Counted from the first letter of the whole stretch, positions 22,394 to 34,216 are shown. The stretch: 61,894 nucleotides of DNA, filler included, from 12 parts of 12 records of this genome joined end to end with filler, not necessarily neighbours in it; one strand, 5' to 3'. Numbers and translations are program-made. The notes: generated by a model not told the origin, from the sequence alone.

Positions 22394-24321
22394 ATGCGGC
22401 TGTGCTTCAGCGTGTTGGTTAGCCTGGTGCTGCTGCTGGCCCTCCCGCCGGTCGTGCAGCCGCGCTCGCAGCGCACGAGGCGGCAGCCGGGCGCGCCAGT
22501 AGATGCAGCGCAGGAGGCCTGGGTGCAGCGGCTGTCGACGTTCGACGCGACGAGTGGCGAGCGCATGTGGGAAGCCAACAACGTGCTGCAGCAGGGTGGT
22601 CTTCGCGAGGCTTGCGCGTCGTACGATTACCTCCATCGTGGTATGCGCGGTCAGCCAGTCTCGCTGGATAGGCAACGCGCCGACGTGATCGCAGAACGAC
22701 GCGCGCTGGCCTCGCCTGTCACAATGAAGCGCGACACGGTACGAGACCTGCTGGCTCAAAAAGAGCAGCTGGAGCGCCGCGCTGCCGAGGTGGCTGGACA
22801 GCAGGGCCACGCCATGGGAGAATATAAGCTGGAGGTGACCGCGGAGCAGCATCGGCTGTTCGGAACGCCGTCGGAGTCTGCGGCGCTGCGCGAGATCCTG
22901 TCCAACTCGTCGCGGGCGTGGTGGACTGGTTTCTGTGATTACTGCCACCCGAGTCACATCGGACAGCTTGGCAACCGGCATGTCACGTCGCCGCTGAAAC
23001 TCAGGCACGACGCCGAACAGCTTGCCTACCTTCTGGTGGAGGGGAAGCTTCCGAGCTACTTCTGGACAGTTGTCACAGCCTTCCTGTCTCTGGCAGAGAT
23101 CATCGCCGGCGAGAACCCACGCTCGTCCGCGGCGGCTTTTGAGGAATCCAGACGTCTTGACGGACAGCTTTACCCCATTCCATTTGATGCACGCGAGGAG
23201 ATAATCTTGTACTACAACACCTTCATCTACTCGCCGGTGCCGGTGGTGGACCTGGAGAATGTGGCACAGGCTGCCGGTGCCATCTCGTCTACATTCGACT
23301 TCGCGCTGGCAAGGGAACGCTACCGTGCACATGCCGCGGCGCAGGGCAACGATGCTGGGCTTGTGGTTGCGGACAATTTCTTATCACCGACTGCACTGAA
23401 GGCACTACGCACTGTGGCGCTGGAGTCGACAATATTCTACGATGCTAGAGCTACCTACCTCGGCGCGTGCGTGGCGCCCGCTAACATTCAGACAGTCAAA
23501 TCGTCAGATGTTGAGCTGTCCACCAGTCGTGTCAGGAACCGCAGGCGTCGCGTTCTGTTCGTGTTGTGCGTTTGCATCTTGCATTTTGCATGATTCCGCT
23601 GCAATGGTGGAGGGCACAGGTACCTTCACAATGGGCTGGGTGGGGCTCTCCAAGGCGTTCTGCCCCAGTTGGTCGCGGAGCTCCGTGCTGGCTTTCCTGA
23701 CATCATTGGCAACTTGACTCTGCAGAACTTTTGGTGCTACAAGTACGAGAGTGGTGAAAGCGGCATCCAGGTCCACGCTGACGACGCTGAAGTAAATTTA
23801 AACTTCTGGGTGACACCTGATGAGAGCAACACTGACCTCAATCGTGGTGGATTAGTCGTGTGGCACCAAGAGCCGGAGCGGACTTTAGAGGAGGATGGTG
23901 GTGCGTATGCTCAAACCTTATTATTTCGCTCGTCCAAGGAAGATGTTAGATCTGAGACGGAAAATGTTGGCACCTGCGAAACGCAGAGAAGAAGTGGCAG
24001 TTTGGGGACTACAACCGCCACGATCCGGGCGCGCACAGCGACCCCGATGGTGTGGTCGGGGCGGCAGAGCGGCAACATCCCTTTCTGAAAGCCTCTACGC
24101 GCACGTCAGTCGGGTATCGTCAAAACCGGTTGACAATGTTCAAGAGCACGCTGCTCCATGCGTCAGACGGAGCGCAGACTTTTAGATCAGGCTACGAGCA
24201 CCGGCGCATCAACTTCACGCTGCTGTTTGGCAGCAGAAGTGCGGCACAAGACGACTGGGGCGGCGTTGGCACGCCACCAGGGACCGACGCGCATCGGCAT
24301 CGAAACGACGAGCTCAGATAA
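22394..24321 (+). CDS. Signal/anchor-bearing Fe(II)/2-oxoglutarate oxygenase-superfamily protein
   Basis: Exons 22394-23466, 23620-23900, 23987-24321 (introns GTGCGT...CAG). Facial triad GIQVHADD...LLHASD and the 2OG-binding RRINFTLLFG; hydrophobic N-terminus. Confidence 0.8.
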
Positions 24322-24426
24322 CGGGAGGGTCAGACTGAGAAAAAAGAAACATAGCTACACTGGTGTAGCGGCTGGATGGTCGTGACCATCACACAGCCAC
24401 GTTATCATCGCAAACTCCTGACGCTG

Positions 24427-25392
24427 CTACCAGTAGCCGAGACCACTGCCTTGCTGCTCTATCGTCGACTTCTTGCGCTCGATGCCACCGAACTGTTTCG
24501 GCCAATCTAAGCTGTGGCCTGCTACGAGCTCTTTGCTATGTCCCCCCTGCCACGATTCATTCCGCAGTGTGTTGTATTCTCGTAGTGTAGACTTTTTGTA
24601 AAACCGATCGTCTATCCAGCCAAGATTGCTGTCGCGTCGAGGGTTGTTCTGCTGCACGACCTTGGCGACCGCCGGTTGCTTGAAATATTTCCGCAGCTGC
24701 GGGTCTTTCTCGGCTGCGTTGTGGACGTTGTACGCCTCCAAACCGAGGTTGTGAAACACATGGCAGTCGGTGATGAACCCACGTTCCTTGTTCGAATTAA
24801 CGTTAGCAGCACCGATTTGTCTCGAGAAGGACGGCACAGCACCCTCTGATAGCAGCATCGGCGCGCCCAATTCGTTCGAAAAACTCCGGCCTCGAATTTT
24901 CTGCCTCGGAGCTGAGCCTCCACGCATCACCGCACTGCGTTCCTGAGCAAGCCTGGCCTGGCGTGCAGCGCGCCGCGCCACAGGTGTGTCAGCGGCCAGC
25001 GATGGTGCAGACCTAGATGCCATCACGCCCCCAGCCTTAGGCTCAGGTGCCGTCTGCGGGCGGGACGCCGAGCGGAAGAACACGGCCCGCTTTTCCGCAA
25101 GAACCTTCTTCGCTCGCTTCATCAGCCGGAACGGCTCGGGCCCAACGTGCTTCTTTTTGAGCTCCCCCACCTGCATAATCAACGAGTCCAGTGCTGCAAA
25201 CTCGCGCGGGTCGCCCGGTGAGCCAGCCAGTTCCTCTGTTGCCCGCCTCAGCCGCTCAACTAGCGCCAACTCCTGGTCAAGCTTGTCCCGGCGTTGCTTC
25301 ACCTGGTTGTGCACGGCGCTGTAGGACCGCACATCGTAGCCGTCGCGCACCAAGCGGTTCTCACGCTGCAGGTCCGTCTCACGCCGAGGCAT
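24427..25392 (-). CDS. Uncharacterised basic coiled-coil protein
   Basis: ~321-aa ORF from ATG 25392 with coding-like composition; contains YN..N...DPQLRKYF and RPQTA motifs. Confidence 0.6.
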   Translation of the reverse strand: MPRRETDLQRENRLVRDGYDVRSYSAVHNQVKQRRDKLDQELALVERLRRATEELAGSPGDPREFAALDSLIMQVGELKKKHVGPEPFRLMKRAKKVLAEKRAVFFRSASRPQTAPEPKAGGVMASRSAPSLAADTPVARRAARQARLAQERSAVMRGGSAPRQKIRGRSFSNELGAPMLLSEGAVPSFSRQIGAANVNSNKERGFITDCHVFHNLGLEAYNVHNAAEKDPQLRKYFKQPAVAKVVQQNNPRRDSNLGWIDDRFYKKSTLREYNTLRNESWQGGHSKELVAGHSLDWPKQFGGIERKKSTIEQQGSGLGYW

Positions 25393-25807
25393 CCCGCGCC
25401 CGCCACCACCTCCGCGCACGCAGCGTACCCTGTCCCGCAGTTCACCTCACCCGCCCATCGCCACCCCAACGCGCCGCTGCAAAAGAACTGCACGCGAGGG
25501 TGTCTTCGTGCTGCTCTGCAACCACCCCACCTCAGCCAGACCCTCAGGCCAGAACGAGAACCACTGGTAATATCAATGCTCAATACTGGTATGACAAAAA
25601 AAAACTGTGGCTCGGGGCGGTCCGTGGAGTCCGCTGCATTTATCAGTGAGTTCTTTATACTCCGCAAGCGTCCAACCCAGCCTGTGAACTGTCGTGCGTG
25701 GACTGAGCGCTCGCGCACATTCGCAACGTGCCGCCAACCAGCATTCAGCATTGGCCATTGAGCGGTCTCCGTCAAAAAGTGAATCATGTGTATTAATCAC
25801 AATTGTC

Positions 25808-25907
25808 NNNNNNNNNNNNNNNNNNNNNNNNNNNNNNNNNNNNNNNNNNNNTTAATTAATTAANNNNNNNNNNNNNNNNNNNNNNNNNNNNNNNNNNNNN
25901 NNNNNNN
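25808..25907. other. Artificial contig linker
   Basis: 44 N + TTAATTAATTAA + 44 N. Confidence 0.97.
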
Positions 25908-26421
25908 GGGTCAATACACATATCTTCAGCTTCAGCGTCACAAAGCGCAGAGTGCGCCTTGCTCAATGGCGAGAGGTCGCCGACGATCGCGTACGTATAA
26001 TATACCAGGTAATACTACACCCTGCGGATACAATATTGTACATTAATACACGCAGTTTCGCATGTATTCGGGTGCGTAGCATTTTCGATCCTACAATTCT
26101 GCCCGGCGTCCCACCACCACGCGCATGCGAATGCGATTTGAGGCGTGGCCGACTCCAGCTCCAAGCTAGGCGAGGGCAGCGAGCGACGTGGCGAGGCTGG
26201 GTGCGCTGGCGTGCTGCAACGTCACAAGCGGTGGCTACTACCAGCCCCTCGGCAGAGAGTGGGACGGCTGAGCCGCTGCTCGATGTTGGTGTGTGTAACC
26301 GTACACGGTCGTAATCAGCCGACGTGAGAAATCGTCGTGTGCAAAGATGTTAGATTCAGAGAACCACAACCCTCCCGTGCAATATCAACCCCTCAGCCCT
26401 GCCTACTAGGCAGCAGCGGCC

Positions 26422-27495
26422 TCAGCCCCCTTGCCCCTCCTCGTCTAGCCCTCTCCCCACATCCGGCACGCCGTCCACCTTCACAAACATCAGGTCATGC
26501 GCCTTCTTCATCGACCCAATCGACGCCGGCCGCCACGGTGCTGTGAAGACGCGCTCCACCTCATAACCGTGGCCATCCATGAACTGCCGCAGCTCCGCCT
26601 CGGTGCTGCTGGAGGGGTCGGGGTCCAGCCGGGCGTTGTGGAACTGACGCATCACCTCGACCTGCACGATGGTCGGCGGTGTGCGCGCCCAGTCGAGGGA
26701 AGCGAGCACCTCCAGCTCGGAGCCTTCGGTGTCGACCGAGAGGTAATCGACGTGGCTGACGCCAGCGGTAGCGAGGATGCTGCCGAGGGTCTTGCAGGGG
26801 ACCTGCGAACGGACGGAGGTGCTGCCGCGCTCGCGGTCCTGCGTCCCCGCCCCGCTCAGTGACAGAGCGCCACAAGCAGCAGCAGCGCAGGCTAGCAGTG
26901 GGGCGGCGCACCCGGAGCAGCTTGGGCTCGTAGGTGTCCACCCAGCCCGTGAAGCCCGTGTCCGGTGCCCGAAAGGCAACCAGCGTCCGCTCCGGCCCGG
27001 GGCACTTGTCCCCCACGCCGGCGAAAACATTCGTGCAGCGCGGCCGGTTGAGCTGCAGCCGCTCGAAGTTTTCGTGGAAGGGCTCGATGCAGACGCCGGA
27101 GAAGCCGGCGACATCGTCGAACCAGGCGGTGTTGGAGCCGGCGTGGCCGTCGTTGGCGCCGAGCTCCACGTAGACGCCACTGGAGCCGAGGTGGCCCAGC
27201 CGCGACGCCACCCACCGGTCCTGCCGTGCGACACAAGCACACAGGGTTTCGGAGGCCGCAGTGGGCAGTAAAGGGGAATTGGAAGCCCCGGGGGGCGGGG
27301 GGGTAGCGGTCGCACCTGGCCCCACTGCGAGCGGAAGCCGCCGATTTGCCCGGCGGTGATTCCGTGCAGGTCGAGGAACTGCACGACGCTGTGGCGCTGC
27401 TCGAAGCTCAGCGTCGCGCCCAGCACGACGCAGGCGGCGCATAGCGCGGCCGAGCCGCAGATCGCGAGCCGCCGCACCGTCGTGCGCCGCACCAT
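26422..27495 (-). CDS. FkbM-family (Methyltransf_21) SAM methyltransferase with N-terminal membrane anchor
   Basis: Exons 27495-27316, 27220-26912, 26838-26422 (introns of 95 and 73 nt, GTGCG...CAG). Motifs SQWGQD, YVELGANDG...SNT, CIEP, VDYLSVDTEGSELEVL. Confidence 0.88.
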   Translation of the reverse strand: MVRRTTVRRLAICGSAALCAACVVLGATLSFEQRHSVVQFLDLHGITAGQIGGFRSQWGQVRPLPPRPPGLPIPLYCPLRPPKPCVLVSHGRTGGWRRGWATSAPVASTWSSAPTTATPAPTPPGSTMSPASPASASSPSTKTSSGCSSTGRAARMFSPAWGTSAPGRSGRWLPFGHRTRASRAGWTPTSPSCSGCAAPLLACAAAACGALSLSGAGTQDRERGSTSVRSQVPCKTLGSILATAGVSHVDYLSVDTEGSELEVLASLDWARTPPTIVQVEVMRQFHNARLDPDPSSSTEAELRQFMDGHGYEVERVFTAPWRPASIGSMKKAHDLMFVKVDGVPDVGRGLDEEGQGG

Positions 27496-27974
27496 CCTGC
27501 GACCCGAGCGCTCCGTGCGCACCGCGCGCCGGGCGCCCAGTCGTATCCGGCGTCGTTCGTTCCCACCGGCGGCGCGCACGCACGGCGTGCGCATGCATTA
27601 GGCGGCTACGACACCGAACTACCGGTCTCGAGAGCTCTCTAGAAAGGGTAGAGACGCTTTCGCGTCGCGTCATCAATCAGACTCTTCCAGCACTGAGCAG
27701 TGCCCAGATTGTACATAGTAGTACTAGATCTAGTATGGAGTATGCATTCGACTACCTGAAACGTGAAGGTATATATGTATGTCGCGCGTGGAGCCACGCG
27801 CCGGCCGCCGCGCCGGCCGGCGAGACGCGTCCGAGGGGACCGCGCTCGCGTGCGTGCGCGAGAGACTCACCCCCGCGCGCCGCGACCCAAGCGACGACAG
27901 GCTCGCGGCGCCGGACACTGGCATCGGCGTGCGGCGGGATCGCAGCGCGCGAGTCTACAGAAGATTTTGCCAGG

Positions 27975-30900
27975 ATGCTACCGTCGCTCGTGCTACTGGC
28001 AGTCGCCAGTTCAACCACAGCAGCTCCTCAGGCGGCGCAAGGCGTGACTGGCAGTGGCGCCGAATGGCCACACGCCTGCCAGGTGATCTTGGCTGCCTGC
28101 AACGCGTCAGATGCGGCGCAGACGTGGACATTCTCCAAATATTCGTCTGCGCACGAAAACAGTCTTGCCCTGTCAAAGACAGACGCCAGCGGGCACCCCT
28201 ACTGCCTGAACGTGGCACGCAGTGGCACGAAGAAAGGCTCCGATGTGTGGGTCACTCCGTGCGTCCCTGAGCACCCGGACACAGCCAATCGTGACTGGGA
28301 GTTTAGCACTGCGAGTTTAGCAGACAGCAGTACTATGACGGGTAAGCTACAAAATGTTCGAAGCAAGTTCTGCGCGTTTGAGACCCCGCCGCAGCACTCG
28401 CCGGAAGCGCCCGGTCACACCGTGCTAGCAGACTGTGCCACGTCTCCTTCGTGGAGCATGGACACGAGCACGGGGCTGATCCACAGCGAACACGACTCCA
28501 CCAAGTGTCTCGCAGCTGACTATGCAGGGTCAGTTCCGGGACCGGCACCACCTGCACCCCCACCGCACTTTGGCGACGTCCGGGACCGTATGGGCTGTCA
28601 GATGCCAAACCACACCCACTACCCGTTCTGTGACACGTCGAAAAGCATCGACGTGCGTGCTGCTGATCTGGTAGCGCGAATACAAGACGCAGATAAGCCC
28701 GGCCTGCTGACAGCACGGGCGAACAAAGCTCTGCCATATCTTGGGGTGCCTGGGTACTACTACGGCACAAATTGCCTGCACTCAGCCATTACCGAGTGTG
28801 CGGGTAGCCAGTGTCCAACGAGCTTCCCCGCAGCACCGAACTGGGCAGCCACATTCGATGTGGCGACAATGACCAATATGGCTGCCACTGTTGGCAGGGA
28901 GCTACGCGCAGCTTTTGCTATTGGCAGTCCCGACAATACATACAAACCTGCAAACGTCGGCCTGCAATGCTGGGGGCCTGTTGTCGCGCTGAACCGGGAT
29001 GCACGGTGAGTACTTGTGTAGCATAGGATGTGTTTCCATGCTCTCGTCAGCCCCTAAGGACTGCCTGCATCAATATCTTGGGATTGCCCGCAACTAGGTG
29101 GGGACGCAATGGTGAAGGTGGAGTCGGTGAGGACTAGTACAGCACGCGCATGTGTTTCCATGCTCTTGTCGGCCTCTAACAATTGTCTGCATCAGAGGAT
29201 CCGCGTCTGGCTGGGGCCTACGGAGCGGCATGGAGCCAGGGCTTGCAGCAAGGACCACCTACGGCTGATGGCCGAGGTCACCAGCTGCAGGCAGTTGTCA
29301 CTCTCAAGCACTTTGATGCGCAAACTGTAGAAGATTCTAACGGATGGGGTCGGCACAATGTGTCAGCCAACGTCTCACGCTACATGCTTATGGATTCGTA
29401 CCTGCCAGCATTCGAGATCGCCATTCGTGCTGGTGCAAAAGGCGTGATGGTGAGCAACTGGTTGTTGTCTTTTGGCAGTGTGCAGTCTCTGTGCGCTCAC
29501 TACGTGTGCTCCGCTGGTGATGCAGTGCTCATACAATGCTGTGAATATGACGCCCACATGCCTGTCACCCTTGCTGCGGCAAGCTCGTGTTCAGTGGGGA
29601 TTCGAGAAGAATGGTGGGTATGTTACTTCTGATACAGATGCTGTCGGAGACGCCTACAAGACGCATCATTTTGTTGACTCAGCGGCAGCCGCTTCATGCC
29701 AGGCAATCACGAAGGGCGGTGACCAGGTGAACTCTGGAAGTACCTTCAGCCACGGGCTGCTCGATGGCGTGAAACAGGGATTGTGCACCATGTCAGATGT
29801 TGACGCGGCACTCATGGTGGTCATGAAAATGCGGTTGGAGCTGGGACTGTTCGACCCGGTGGATGGACAGCCTATGCTCAAGTATGGGACGGGGGATATT
29901 GGCAATACTGAGGCCCAGGCACTTAACCTGCTGGCTACACAGCGCTCGTTGGTGTTGCTGAAGGACGGCACGAGGATGGCCACTGGTGGCGCAGGCACAA
30001 GCCACGGCACACCCGCCGGCATTTTGCCCTTTGCTGCCGGTGTCCCCACGGCTGTTCTGGGCCCTCATTACAATGCAAGCTGGGTCATGATACAGCCCGA
30101 TTCCGGTGATGTGTGCCCTTCGGGCGGCTTGGACTGCATCCCCTCCCCAGTCGACGAGATTCGGCGCGCCAACAAAGGAGCGCAGACAACTGGTTCCCTC
30201 GGGTCCTACTTGTTTGCCAACGACAATGCCACTGCGCCGACGCTGCTTGAGGAAGCGGTTGCCCAAGCTCGCGTCGCGAAGCAAGTAGTGCTTGTCCTCG
30301 GAATTCGCTCGTCGACGTATGGGCCGTTCAGCTGCTCAAGGAAGGATCCGCGCCCAGGCCATGGCAAGCCTATTTGTAAGGAGAGCAGTGGGCGGGCTGG
30401 AGCTCTGAAAAACTTCACGGATCTGCTCGGCCCGTATGGCGATATTCAGCACATGACTCAGACAGGATCTATGGAAGATGGTGACGCATACGTGGAGGCA
30501 GAGACTCATGACCGCCGCAGGATTGACTTGCCGATGCCACAGCAGCAGCTCGCCAACGATGTGGTCGCGCTCGGAAAGCCAACTACGATTGTCCTATTGA
30601 ACGGTGGTGCCGTCGCTCTGCCCTCTAATATCCTGAGTGCGAGCAATGTTGCAATTATCGAGGCGGGATACCCGGGAACGCGTGGAAGCGAGGCTATTGC
30701 GTCGGCTATTTTTGCAGCGACCACCCCGCAGGTAGCTGCGTCTAGCGGAACTCTATATGTGGATCGCTTCGGTCGGCTTCCGTATTCAATCTTCCCGCAG
30801 TCGTGGACGCTCGACAACCGTATGGATGAAATGGATCTGGCTGCACCACCAGGCCGAACGTACAAGTACTCACACGATCCGTCACTAATCCAGTTCGAAT

Positions 30901-31468
30901 TCGGTGCAGGGCTTCAGCTATCCAGACTTTCGCTCTCGCTAGTCCACCAGCCTAGAACGAGGGCGATGACGGACGATGACAATTACACGTACAGCCTCAA
31001 CCTCACAAATGTTGGCCGTTACCACACTGAAGCCGTGGTTTCGATGTTCATGTCGCCCAAGACGCTGCCGACGCAACCGAAAGATCACCCACTGCTTGGG
31101 AAACGCCAGCTCATGAGCTTCCAACGGCTAGGCACTGCTGCTGGAGGCCTAGCCCCGGGTGAATCTACCACAGTGACGTTTGTGGTGGGTGGGTACGATC
31201 TGTCTATCGTGGACTTTGGTAAGTTCTATTGCAGCTTGCGCGTGTCTCTACACTCTTGTCGGTCGCTCTTGTCAGCTTTAAGCCTTGTCTACGTCAATTA
31301 CTTTGCGACTGCTCGCAACCAGGTGGACAAGGGGATCGAATCATTGCGCCTGGAGACTACGGGCTCAGCTGGGAGACGGGCAGTGTCGAGGCAGCAGTCG
31401 GTGGCGTTGGCTTGAGCCTGAGCGGGGAAGAGGTGGTTGTCGAGCCGTACCCAGAACCCACACAATGA
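27975..31468 (+). CDS. Secreted GH3 beta-xylosidase-like glycosidase with N-terminal ricin-B (CBM13-like) domain and C-terminal Fn3-like domain
   Basis: Exons 27975-29005, 29098-29126, 29196-29449, 29526-31218, 31323-31468. Signal peptide; QTW/DWEF ricin repeats; TSFP, RWGRNGE...EDP, LKHF, VMCSYN, nucleophile GYVTSD, ETHDR, GYPG..G. Confidence 0.9.
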
Positions 31469-31592
31469 ATGACAGTGCAAATCCCAAACATGGTGATTGT
31501 GGGCAATCAAACCCCACTGTTTGTGGCTGCTACATTTCTAGCCCAGTTGCTGGAAATGGTACACAAATGAGTAGGTACTGACAAGATAGTGC

Positions 31593-33053
31593 TTATCCCA
31601 AAACCTGGAGCCGCGCGAAGCCAAGATTGTAGCCGCCACCCTCTGTGTGTGGGTCAGGCGGGTCAAACGTTTTCTGGAACACAGTGCCTAGCCACCCACC
31701 AGGAAGCAAATGGATGTCACTGTAGCCCGCGCCGCCTCCGAATACTACATCCACAAATTGCCAACTAGCTCCACCATCCACCGATCGATGCACCGTATAG
31801 TTGGCTCGTGGTAGATTCGTGTCATTGGCCGCACCGGGATGACCGAAGAACAGCATGCCTGTCGGGTTCGGGCCACTCACATCGGAGGCAATGCTCTCGA
31901 AGTTTGTTCCGACCATGATCTCTGGCTGTCGATCCTCCAAGTACCTGGCGTGCGTGCAAGAGGTGCGCAAGACGTCAGACAGAAGGGCCGCGATTGGACG
32001 GGCTCAATTCTGTTTCGTACCACCATTCTGCCCATGTGGCACCACCGTCATCGCTGCGTGCAAAGCCGCGTCGACGGTCTGATTGAGGGTGCGCTTTCGA
32101 AAGAAAGGGTGGACCGGCCATTCGCGCTGTGAGCAACAGCGAGCCGTTGAGAAGCTCTGCTGTCTGACATTCTGTCCATCCGTGTGGCAGCAGCTGCCCC
32201 GCTTCCCAGGACTCGCCCTCGTCGTCTGAGTAGAGAACAAAATCGTGGAGGAAGTTTGACTTTCCACCATTCGCCTTGCAGTCGTACCGCCGAGCGGCAC
32301 AAAGTCTCCCCTTATACTTGCCACGCTGCAACACAATGCCATGGCCAAGGCCAGATCCACCGGCGTAATTTAAGCCCATCGTGCCGTTGACCTTGGCCAG
32401 TGTCGGGGTTGTCCAGGTGATCCCATCTGCAATGTAGGAGCCGGACAAGTTCTCAACGAGGTCCCCCGAGCGATTGCAAACTCGTGCATATTTTACGGCT
32501 AGTCACGCGTACCATCAGTGCTCCTGGAGATGGCAGTGTTGCAGCTGGCGATCGCCTTTGCCGGCAACTTGGGCAAGTCTTTCGCCCACACCGGCTGTGT
32601 AGGATCCAGACCAGGTCCCATTGGTGGCGTGCCCGTCCCACCATCATCGGAAACGGCGGTATCAGCGGTGGTGGTGCTTGTTGACGACGTGGAGTGTGTG
32701 GACCTGAGCATCAGGATGGTGTCTGACTCGCGGGAGTAGAGAAACTGTGGAGCCGCCTCGTACCAGTGGGCGATAGTGAGTGGCTGGCTGAACGACTGCC
32801 CCAAATCTGTGCTGGTAACCATTCTCTCGCCAAACGGTCCCTTGCGAGCACGGGCCGCAAGCGTGTCGGCCTGGGCGAATACAAGGGTCTTGTTGGACCG
32901 TGTGTGCACGATGGCGGGGCTCCAGTATGAGGTGAATGGGGCGTCACCTCCGTGGCTTTGTGCCTTCATTACCTCAAGAACCACCGGTGGTCTAGCTGCA
33001 GAGCCTGCCACCGCGGCTGCTGCTATCACCACCCCAAGCCCGGCGAGGAGCAT
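31593..33053 (-). CDS. Secreted BNR/Asp-box beta-propeller, GH33 sialidase-like
   Basis: Exons 33053-32513, 32426-32021, 31944-31593. Five Asp-boxes (STDLGQSF, STDDGITW, SDDEGESW, SDDGGATW, SVDGGASW), ECQTAELLNGSLLLTAR, AGYSD; signal peptide. Confidence 0.85.
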
Positions 33054-33639
33054 TGCCCGAGTCTTCGGCCCACCAGAACCCAGCAAGCCAGGCGCCCGAG
33101 TGGAATCCCCTGATCCCGTCCTGACAACCCAGGTACGTCCGCACTGGCGTAGTGGATAATTCAAGTCGAGCGTGACAACGGCCGCGGGTGTACCAGTACC
33201 CAGTCCAGTCGATTATGCCCCGCGCGTCCGCCCGCAGATACACTCATACAGTCGCACGCGCGTCGCCGGTACAGTGCGACCGGCAGGTCGAAGTCTCTTC
33301 TCGATCAATGAACAAGTCGTACTTGTTTCCTGTCCGGATGTTTGACTTTTCAATAGTGTATACATCTCTAGAGTGTTGTTCAAAATCCTCTGTTGATTAT
33401 ATACGAGTGTTTAGTGCCTCTCCGGGCGATGGATGCATGCGCCAGACGAGTCGATGAGACTGCAGCAGTGCCCAGATTCGAGATTGTAAGAATCGCAAAT
33501 TGAGTTCTCCGATACATGTACAGTACTGTATGGGCTCAACCTGGGTAGTGCGCGAGCAGGGTACATGTACTTAAAACTCGTATAATCAATGGAGGAGTTA
33601 GATTAGAACTATGAATACAGTATGAAAAAGTCAAACATA

Positions 33640-33739
33640 NNNNNNNNNNNNNNNNNNNNNNNNNNNNNNNNNNNNNNNNNNNNTTAATTAATTAANNNNN
33701 NNNNNNNNNNNNNNNNNNNNNNNNNNNNNNNNNNNNNNN
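33640..33739. other. Artificial contig linker
   Basis: 44 N + TTAATTAATTAA + 44 N. Confidence 0.97.
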
Positions 33740-33951
33740 TTCGTCGACGCCATCGACGCCTTGGAGGTCTATCTTGGGCGGCGGGCTAGCTACCAGGTCC
33801 ATTCACCTACGAGCTGTTCGAGAAGGGGTCGGAAAGAGCCGCATGTCGCAGAGGTAGACAACAACGAGAGAGCGCGAGTCTGACCTTGATGTGCCTCACG
33901 AATCCAAACGCTACACCCGTCGACCTCGCGGGCGCAAGTTGCTGACTTCGT

Positions 33952-34032
33952 GACTTGTCGTATAATTATACACAGTGTGTATGGTACAATTCGAAAATGT
34001 AGGACGTGTCGTATAATTATACGCAGTGTGTA
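33952..34032. repeat. Two 30-bp direct repeats with palindromic core
   Basis: GACTTGTCGTATAATTATACACAGTGTGTA (33952-33981) and GACGTGTCGTATAATTATACGCAGTGTGTA (34003-34032); 28/30 identical. Confidence 0.85.
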
Positions 34033-34216
34033 CTACCTGGTAGTATGATAATTATGATAGCACTATGTGAGCACATATGATTGGTATGCATATCTGTTTC
34101 ACTAGTGGGCCACTAGACTTAACTAAACTCAGTGTCGGCCGGCTCTTTCTCCGCCATTTCCCCCAACATAGAAATACCTGGTCATGAAATGACCAACAAA
34201 ATTATCGCATGAAAAT

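Noticed and set aside
22238-23332. Long antisense or alternative-frame ORFs (also 45647-46420, 36431-37294, 42163-42960, 7673-8530)
   Set aside because: Shadows of real genes in GC-rich DNA; no recognisable motifs
33952-34032. Two 30-bp palindromic repeats as a minimal CRISPR array
   Set aside because: Only two units with a 21-nt spacer, eukaryotic context and no cas genes
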